From positions 1 to 32,734 of the IMG/VR virus record IMGVR_UViG_3300032257_000503: a stretch of 32,734 bases of DNA, one strand, 5' to 3'. Shown here one piece after another: positions 26,330 to 32,734 of this stretch. The position numbers and the translations under genes were made by a program. The notes below the pieces were generated by a model. That model was not told the DNA's origin. It made no database searches and saw only the letters and a program-made list of their open reading frames with translations. This DNA is from a virus. Its lineage: Duplodnaviria > Caudoviricetes. How positions within the stretch are numbered: the stretch's first letter is position 1; every line of letters starts with the position of its first letter.

Positions 26330-29300
26330 ATGGCTGGTTCAACCCCATTTTTCGGTATGGCATTTTTTGACTTTCGAGACCGTCTCGATCAGGCTGTCAA
26401 TGTGCGAAAAGAGATTGATCGTTTTCTTATAATAGATAGGCAGCTATTTGGTCTATATAGTATTTTCGGAGATGGAGTAATCCGAGGATGGTCAATAAAA
26501 GAAAAAGCCAGATCATCTCAATCGAGTAACCCTATTGCTCTTACAATTGAACCAGGCTTAGGCATAATAGGATTGATAGCTATTGAGACATCTTCTCCAA
26601 GAGATATTCTTGAGCTTCCAGCAAATGATACCTTTGATGTTTATGCCATTATCTCAGGCGGAACAGTTTCTAATAGGCAAGTAAGATTTGTTATAAGTAG
26701 AAACGCTTTGTCAAACGGAGTTAGACTAGGCAGAATTACTACAGGCTCTAACTCAATATTGAATATAGACACCAGCTTTCGTGACGAGATTGGGTTCATC
26801 GAACTCATTAGAGAAGAAGTTGCTAATCATAAGCATCGTGGCGCTCCTTCAAAAATCGACCTAAAGAAAGAAACTAGAAATCAGTTACCAGGAGCTAGGG
26901 TAGAAGACTTTGACGCTGGCAAGATAGTAAGCGGAAAGTTAGATCCAGAAAGAATTCCAGTATTAGATCATAATGATTTAGATAATAATGGTCTATTGAG
27001 TCATGCGGCTCTAGATTCATATGCTAGGATATTCACTTCAGGAAATAGAGAATTGCTTGGCGAGATATATGGTTCTAACTTGATGAAGCTATTGCTTAGT
27101 TGGAAATATAGCAATCCAGAGATAGAGGATGGGTTCCACAACACTGTTCCTGTTATTCCTGGAGTTACTGACGATTCATTGATAGACTTTGATGCATCTA
27201 CTTCTTATATAAGCTTACCTACAAATTGTCTTTCAGGAAAGCCAACTAGTATAGGTCGAATATCTTCTGTGTTCTGGGAAACTACTACAGCATTCCTTAC
27301 AGCCTATGACAAGAATCTTGTCACAATAGCTAATGACCAAGTAGCTCTAACTAGAGGCGGTTCGAGTAGCACTGTCATAGAGAACTTTGAACAAGTTGCT
27401 TCAACGGGAGTTGCCATTCCAGGATTTACTGCGACAGCTATTACTATTGATGACAACTTGAGTATTCTTTCAGAGGGAGCAGACTCTTTGAGGACAGAAG
27501 GATTCTACAGTGGCCGTTTCGGTACTGATAGAGACTTTAGAATAGTATATACAAAATCTGTTACATCAAATAGAGATTGGTCATTGTTCGATGAGTTAGT
27601 TCTTGACATAAAGAGTCTATCTCTTTCTCATGGAGCTGTGTTCATGAACTTCATAAGCACAGATGATGACGGAGTAGAGACGGTATCTTCGGACTTCCTA
27701 GTATTAGGAGAGGATGAGATAACAACAAATCCAGATCCTGAGTTCAATAGTTTTGAGAGAAGATCTTTTTCCATTGAGAATTCAGAGAGATCTAATGTTA
27801 CAAAGGTTGTATTCTATACAGATGATACGACAAGTAAGTTTGAATTCTTTATTGACAATATATTTCTTAGAAATCAATCATTGTATCCGCCAGAAGGTTA
27901 CATCAGATTCAGATACTCAAGTCAAGTTCCTGTCGTTTTCAATTCATTAAATTATGAAACAACAGAGAATGATAGTACAGAAATAAGATTTAGGGCTAGA
28001 ACCGCTAACTCTCCAACATTGCTCAATAGAGCATCATTTGGTTCTTTGCTAAATTCTGGAGATGTATTCTCTCTAGAAGGCACTGATATAGAAATAGATG
28101 TAAGACTTCAGTCGAATGATGATAGAGATGCAACTCCTATATTGGACTTAGTAGAACTTCAATTCATTGTTGCTTCAGAGGAAGTAGGATTTACAATATC
28201 TGATTCGGATGAATGGGATAGAGGTTCTTATGTAAACTCAGAAAGAAGTTTAGACGAACTTACTTTTTCTTCATTATTGAAAATCTCAGACGAGATAGCA
28301 ATAGATAATACTTACTATTCATTCAAAAATGTAGTATCAGAAATTGATCCAGATAGAGTTGCTGTTGTCGGTTTCCAAGGAGCAACATATCCACTTTCTC
28401 CAAAACAAGCTTTCAATTTCGAGTCTAACCAAAGAGCAAGAGGATTCGATTTAGCTTTTTCCACATATAGATTAGCTGATAAAACGTTTTTGACAGCAGA
28501 CACGGATAATGATAGAGTTGTATTGTCTAATCCAGATGGATCTTTCATCAAGTCCATAGGAAGTCATAATTTAGAGGATGAAACATTCTTCTACCCACTA
28601 ACAGCCTCATATAATCCTACAACAGGAATACTGTCAACCACATTCTCTCAAGAAGTTGTTACTTCAGATATAGACATGACAAAGATACGGTTGTGGATTG
28701 GTGGCTCATCTATTGATCTTGGTCTCAATGACGAGTTTGTAGAAGATACAGGCATAACAAAGAAGATATTAGAAATATCGCTATCATTGGATAAGCAAGA
28801 ACAATTGAGAAATACAAGTTCTGCGGTTTCTGTTCAATATAGATCAGGATCTTTTCCAAGAGATTTCGAACCAACGACTTCTGCCGCAGCAGTAATTGGT
28901 GTTAGAGGACTTGAAGTATATATAGGAGATGTAAACTTTATTGATGGAATCTCTAGACCGATATTCGCTAATCTTCTAGAGAATCAAAATTGGATAATAG
29001 GCAATTCATCAATAGCATTTGATGAGACAGGCGAAGCGTCTTCTTCTATAAGGGTAGAAGTTCAAGTTGGTAGCGATACTAACTTTGATGTAGAGGTTGA
29101 TGAGCCAGAAGATGGTTTTGTAATACAATGGGATATTACTATTCCAACAGAATTGCAATCTGTAATATCAACATCAACTCCTGCTCCAGGCAATAAGACA
29201 ACAGTAAACATATCTAGTCCTACAGCCGATTTGGTAAGAGAATGGACTCTTACTTTTATAGCAAGATATGTAAACTCAACTGATAACAGTTTGAATTTCA

Positions 29301-29866
29301 GTACGCAGACTCAAGTAACTCTCGCTATAGTCAGTAGCTCTACGGATGCAGGAACAGATGATGTAGTAGAGGCAGCTTCCATTATCGAGGTCAACACTGA
29401 GACATATCAAACAGAGTTCTCATACGATCTTGTTAAGTTTTCAGACTATTCTCTTGGCTCTGTCTATGAGATAGATGAAAACTTCTTCTTGGTTGCTGGA
29501 ATTGTATCCTTGGCAGACAATGCTCTTCCTTCTCCTACTCAAGGCGATGCTCAAATAGGGGAATCTTTCAACGAAGAGGCTGCAAGAAAGCTTTTAGGCT
29601 ACAGAGGTAAGGTTGTTCTTTTAGGAAGAGATAGTAAGGCTATTAGTTTTCAATATGATACGCCTGATGGTTCATATGCAAGCGATGCGGTGGTCGATAG
29701 TGATGGTAACTTCGTTATAGCTGAAAGTAGTTTTCTTAGCAATTCAGGTAGGATAGTCAAGCTTGATAGTTTTGGAAATGTCATTTGGCAGATTGGCGGA
29801 GGAGAATTTAGTAAGATAAATGACGTAAGGTCGTTGCTGAATAATCACATTATCGTTAGCACGTAA
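26330..29866 (+). CDS. Putative tail fibre/receptor-binding protein with CBM-like and NHL/beta-propeller-like regions
   Basis: N-terminal GVIRGWSI..LTIEPGLG anchor pattern, NHKHRG, fibre repeat DAGKIVSGKLDPERIP, CBM-like RDWSLFDELVLDIKS..FFIDNIFL, NHL-like LTADTDNDRVV and GRIVKLDSFGNVIWQ. Confidence 0.7.
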   Translation: MAGSTPFFGMAFFDFRDRLDQAVNVRKEIDRFLIIDRQLFGLYSIFGDGVIRGWSIKEKARSSQSSNPIALTIEPGLGIIGLIAIETSSPRDILELPANDTFDVYAIISGGTVSNRQVRFVISRNALSNGVRLGRITTGSNSILNIDTSFRDEIGFIELIREEVANHKHRGAPSKIDLKKETRNQLPGARVEDFDAGKIVSGKLDPERIPVLDHNDLDNNGLLSHAALDSYARIFTSGNRELLGEIYGSNLMKLLLSWKYSNPEIEDGFHNTVPVIPGVTDDSLIDFDASTSYISLPTNCLSGKPTSIGRISSVFWETTTAFLTAYDKNLVTIANDQVALTRGGSSSTVIENFEQVASTGVAIPGFTATAITIDDNLSILSEGADSLRTEGFYSGRFGTDRDFRIVYTKSVTSNRDWSLFDELVLDIKSLSLSHGAVFMNFISTDDDGVETVSSDFLVLGEDEITTNPDPEFNSFERRSFSIENSERSNVTKVVFYTDDTTSKFEFFIDNIFLRNQSLYPPEGYIRFRYSSQVPVVFNSLNYETTENDSTEIRFRARTANSPTLLNRASFGSLLNSGDVFSLEGTDIEIDVRLQSNDDRDATPILDLVELQFIVASEEVGFTISDSDEWDRGSYVNSERSLDELTFSSLLKISDEIAIDNTYYSFKNVVSEIDPDRVAVVGFQGATYPLSPKQAFNFESNQRARGFDLAFSTYRLADKTFLTADTDNDRVVLSNPDGSFIKSIGSHNLEDETFFYPLTASYNPTTGILSTTFSQEVVTSDIDMTKIRLWIGGSSIDLGLNDEFVEDTGITKKILEISLSLDKQEQLRNTSSAVSVQYRSGSFPRDFEPTTSAAAVIGVRGLEVYIGDVNFIDGISRPIFANLLENQNWIIGNSSIAFDETGEASSSIRVEVQVGSDTNFDVEVDEPEDGFVIQWDITIPTELQSVISTSTPAPGNKTTVNISSPTADLVREWTLTFIARYVNSTDNSLNFSTQTQVTLAIVSSSTDAGTDDVVEAASIIEVNTETYQTEFSYDLVKFSDYSLGSVYEIDENFFLVAGIVSLADNALPSPTQGDAQIGESFNEEAARKLLGYRGKVVLLGRDSKAISFQYDTPDGSYASDAVVDSDGNFVIAESSFLSNSGRIVKLDSFGNVIWQIGGGEFSKINDVRSLLNNHIIVST

Positions 29867-29874
29867 GGTTAGTT

Positions 29875-30987
29875 ATGATTCCTATAGATTATGTTTGTTT
29901 TATAAACCAGACAGGTTATTCTCAGGCTGCAATATCAAATATATTAGCACTTTCTGAAAGTGGGAAATATGATGTTCGCCTCAATTGTATTCATAAAAAG
30001 ATGCAAAAGAAGGCTATTTCAACTTCGCTGTTCAATAGGCTGACAGAAATGGCTGAAAAGCCACAGAATCCGCATTCAGTGCAAATTTTTCATACAATAC
30101 CCCCAATGCATCGAAGAGTTACGAATCTTCGAAAGAAGATAGCATATGCCACCTTTGAGAGCTTTGCTCCTCCAAAGGACTGGATAACCTATATAAACAG
30201 AACTGATGCAGCTATTGCTCCTTCTGATTTCAATCAGAAAACGTTCTTACATCAAGGGGTGTCGAGACCTGTCCATAAAATACCTCATGCGATAGACTTT
30301 AGACTATGGAACGAAAATGTTACAAAAATGAGAGAATATGATAGATTCACATTTCTTTTTGTTGGGACATGGCGTAAGCGAAAGGGCTGGGACTTGCTTC
30401 TTGAGGCATGGGCTAGAGAGTTTAGCTCCAAAGATAATGTCCAATTGGTAATAAAAACGGACAAGAATGAGAAAGCTCAAAACGAAGCAATAAACTATCT
30501 TAGAAAAATCAAGAAGGATTATGCCCCCATTTTGTTCGAAAAAGAGATATTCGATGAGATAACTATACCGTCATTTTTTCGTTCAGCAGACTGTTTCATT
30601 TGCCCAACACTGGGAGAAGGATTTGGGCTGCCTGCTGCACAGAGCATGGCTTTGAAGATTCCAGTTATTATAACAGATTTTTCTGGTTGCACTGAATACG
30701 CAAATAAGGAAAATTGCATACTGCTTGATACTTCAGGTTTTACCATGCATGATTGTTTAGATAACATACCTCAATTCAGTAAACAGAAATGGCCAAGAAT
30801 AAAGATAAAAGATATACAGTCGGCTATGAGGTTGGCAGTCAAAAATGATACGAAAAATACCGATAGAGTAGAGAGAGCCTATTCTTTTGTAAAAGAAAAC
30901 TTCGGATATGAGACAATAGTCTCGCTATTTGATAATATGATGGAGAATGTCTACAGTGCAAACATTGCTAAAATTACAACCGTTTAG
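29875..30987 (+). CDS. GT-B fold glycosyltransferase (GT4-like)
   Basis: TGYSQAA, IAPSDFN, IPHAID, FTFLFVGTWRKRKGWDLLLEAW, SADCFICPTLGEGFGLPAAQSMALKIPVIITDFSG. Confidence 0.93.
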   Translation: MIPIDYVCFINQTGYSQAAISNILALSESGKYDVRLNCIHKKMQKKAISTSLFNRLTEMAEKPQNPHSVQIFHTIPPMHRRVTNLRKKIAYATFESFAPPKDWITYINRTDAAIAPSDFNQKTFLHQGVSRPVHKIPHAIDFRLWNENVTKMREYDRFTFLFVGTWRKRKGWDLLLEAWAREFSSKDNVQLVIKTDKNEKAQNEAINYLRKIKKDYAPILFEKEIFDEITIPSFFRSADCFICPTLGEGFGLPAAQSMALKIPVIITDFSGCTEYANKENCILLDTSGFTMHDCLDNIPQFSKQKWPRIKIKDIQSAMRLAVKNDTKNTDRVERAYSFVKENFGYETIVSLFDNMMENVYSANIAKITTV

Positions 30988-32734
30988 CTCGCCGCTAAGC
31001 AAAACTAACAATATTGGTTTTACTTTAACAGGTTTGCCTACAGATAACGATCTTAGGGTTAGATTTGAAAATGGTACATTCAGCAAAGACTGTACTGTTT
31101 TATCTGTTGAAAATGGAAGCATATCAGATAGCTATGTATTGCCAAGCGATAAAGTCAGTGATATATCTGGCGTTATAGACTTAGGAGTTCCTATTCATGC
31201 AGAAAACTCTGTTATATCAATATATGCAAATGTTGAAGCCTATGTATCTGGCTCTTGGAGACTTATTGATATCGCAGCATTCGCTTTCCAGATTGAAAAT
31301 CCAAAAGCAGCAATAACCACAGACAAGGTAAATATTCAACCCTCTTTTGTTTCTCCGGAAGAAAAAGCAACTATAAGTATCCAGACAGAAGCGAATAGCC
31401 ATTTGAGAGTATACATAAATGGTAAGCAATTTGTTGTTAGATCAAACTTTGAAGGCGAAGGCCGAATGTCTTTCCGTGGCATAGACATACTTGATGGAAC
31501 AAATATTGATACTTCTGAGATACAAAAGTTTCCAATAACGTTCTCTAAGCCAGCAGATGATCATAAGATTATGTATGAGGCAGGTTCTCCTGTTCATTAT
31601 GTACCTCAATCTTTGAGCGTTCTTCAATCTACTAATAATCTAGAAACTCCAGAATGTGCAATATTGGATTCAGATCCAGGCCCAGGACTTCAGATAAGAG
31701 CTGTTGAAGATAATTGCTTCAATGGGGCAGTAGTCGGGGATTTGTCTATATTTGATTCGTCAAGTAATTATGTTAATTCTTTGGTTGGTTTCTGTGGAGA
31801 CCTTAGCGAATCTACTCCTGAACCATTGCAGTCTAGCGGCGTTTGTAGAATATCAAATTCAGTAGATACGACAATTATGCCAAATGGAGCTGCTTTGATA
31901 GCATACTCTTCTGCTTATAATCCAGTAGTTGATGGCGGGAGCCTAAGTGATGACCTAGTTCTTGCGAGTAGAATATTGGTATCTCAAACATCAACATCTC
32001 TTAAGTATAGAGGAAATCCTGTAAGAAGCGGAACGATACTTGAACCACCTAAGTATAACCATTCGGTTAGTTTCTCTAATATGACTTCTGGCGATGAAGT
32101 TGGTATTATCTTCAAGATAGAAGGCGGAGTATTAATTGAGATAAGGCAGACTTTTACAGGAGATACATCTGCTGATCTTTTTGCTTTTGCAGATAAGATA
32201 AATGATGACAATAGAATTTCTAGCGAAAGAATTCAGGCAGAGAAGTCTAGTAGTAAAATCAATATATTCTCAGAAGAAACTCTTTTTAGTGTTTCTAAGA
32301 ATCTTGTAGTTGGAACGCCAACAGTTGCAGTTAGTCTGAATAGCAATACCACATTGGAATTGTTTGTTCCCTTTGGAGGTTTTTCTGATGTTGGGAATAC
32401 TATATTGTTTCTCAATCCGAAGCTTGGCGCTCAGTATTATACTATTAGTCAAAAAGAATCACCAAACATAATAAAATTCGAAGTTGAAGAAGGCGTAAAT
32501 AACGGATACGGCCCAACAATAACAGAAGATTTCTATTGCGAAAAATTCATCATTATTGATACAGACTCTGATAGTCCAGTTGATGTAGGTATAACGAGTG
32601 TCAACCCACTTCCATACATCAAGGACTCTTTGCAGAGAGAAGTTCCATCGGTATTCCCATCCATTGTTTCAAGAAAAGATTATGAGAATGAAGATATCTT
32701 TGTTTACTGCGTATGCCAGGCTATAGTAAATAAC
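30947..32734 (+). CDS. 3'-truncated large beta-rich protein (at least 596 aa), probably structural
   Basis: Starts MSTVQTLLKLQPFSSPLSKTNNIGFTLTGLP after GGAG and is open to the window end. Overlaps the GT gene by 41 nt. Not in the ORF track. Ig-like stretch VNIQPSFVSPEEKATISIQ. Confidence 0.85.
   Translation, partial: MSTVQTLLKLQPFSSPLSKTNNIGFTLTGLPTDNDLRVRFENGTFSKDCTVLSVENGSISDSYVLPSDKVSDISGVIDLGVPIHAENSVISIYANVEAYVSGSWRLIDIAAFAFQIENPKAAITTDKVNIQPSFVSPEEKATISIQTEANSHLRVYINGKQFVVRSNFEGEGRMSFRGIDILDGTNIDTSEIQKFPITFSKPADDHKIMYEAGSPVHYVPQSLSVLQSTNNLETPECAILDSDPGPGLQIRAVEDNCFNGAVVGDLSIFDSSSNYVNSLVGFCGDLSESTPEPLQSSGVCRISNSVDTTIMPNGAALIAYSSAYNPVVDGGSLSDDLVLASRILVSQTSTSLKYRGNPVRSGTILEPPKYNHSVSFSNMTSGDEVGIIFKIEGGVLIEIRQTFTGDTSADLFAFADKINDDNRISSERIQAEKSSSKINIFSEETLFSVSKNLVVGTPTVAVSLNSNTTLELFVPFGGFSDVGNTILFLNPKLGAQYYTISQKESPNIIKFEVEEGVNNGYGPTITEDFYCEKFIIIDTDSDSPVDVGITSVNPLPYIKDSLQREVPSVFPSIVSRKDYENEDIFVYCVCQAIVNN

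Noticed and set aside
9143-29866. Cellular contractile injection system, tailocin or GTA
   Set aside because: No sheath, gp25 or AAA ATPase. A head-tail connector, frameshifting chaperone, phoH and orphan genes point to a true virus.
128-32452. All minus-strand ORFs and the nested + ORFs (1074, 13748, 15276, 27753)
   Set aside because: They are shadows of longer + strand genes, with no recognisable motifs.
1-32734. Alternative genetic code (stop recoding, as in some large phages)
   Set aside because: Standard code 11 gives long, abutting ORFs with near-complete coding density.
1-32734. tRNA, rRNA, introns, inteins, transposases, DGR repeats
   Set aside because: The gaps are too short and no cloverleaf, splice motifs, reverse transcriptase or TR/VR pair was seen by eye.

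Overview
An AT-rich, densely coded window with essentially all real genes on the + strand and GGAG/GAGG Shine-Dalgarno sites. It reads as the virion-morphogenesis region of a large tailed dsDNA virus of a prokaryote (Caudoviricetes, probably large or jumbo; host unknown). Gene order: putative neck/Ig-domain proteins, an Acb1/2H-phosphoesterase-like gene, PhoH, a large acidic protein, a zinc-ribbon / coiled-coil / actin-superfamily ATPase triplet, Mu gp36-like and tail-terminator-like neck proteins, a GT4 glycosyltransferase, the tail tube, two paralogous tail assembly chaperones (the first with a -1 frameshift), the tape measure protein, three 1.2-kaa tail tip/hub/fibre proteins, a second GT4 and a 3'-truncated structural protein. 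No sheath gene is present in the window. The most notable items are: (1) an actin that by my recollection closely resembles haloarchaeal volactin, translationally coupled to a candidate adaptor inside the morphogenesis cluster; (2) a shared MNWY-K/MNFF-RK N-terminal peptide on unrelated proteins, including the Acb1-like enzyme; (3) two recurring non-sigma70 intergenic promoter-like motifs with associated hairpins; (4) two glycosyltransferases with complementary loss of the EX7E glutamates. All family calls are by-eye motif recognition; no searches were run.
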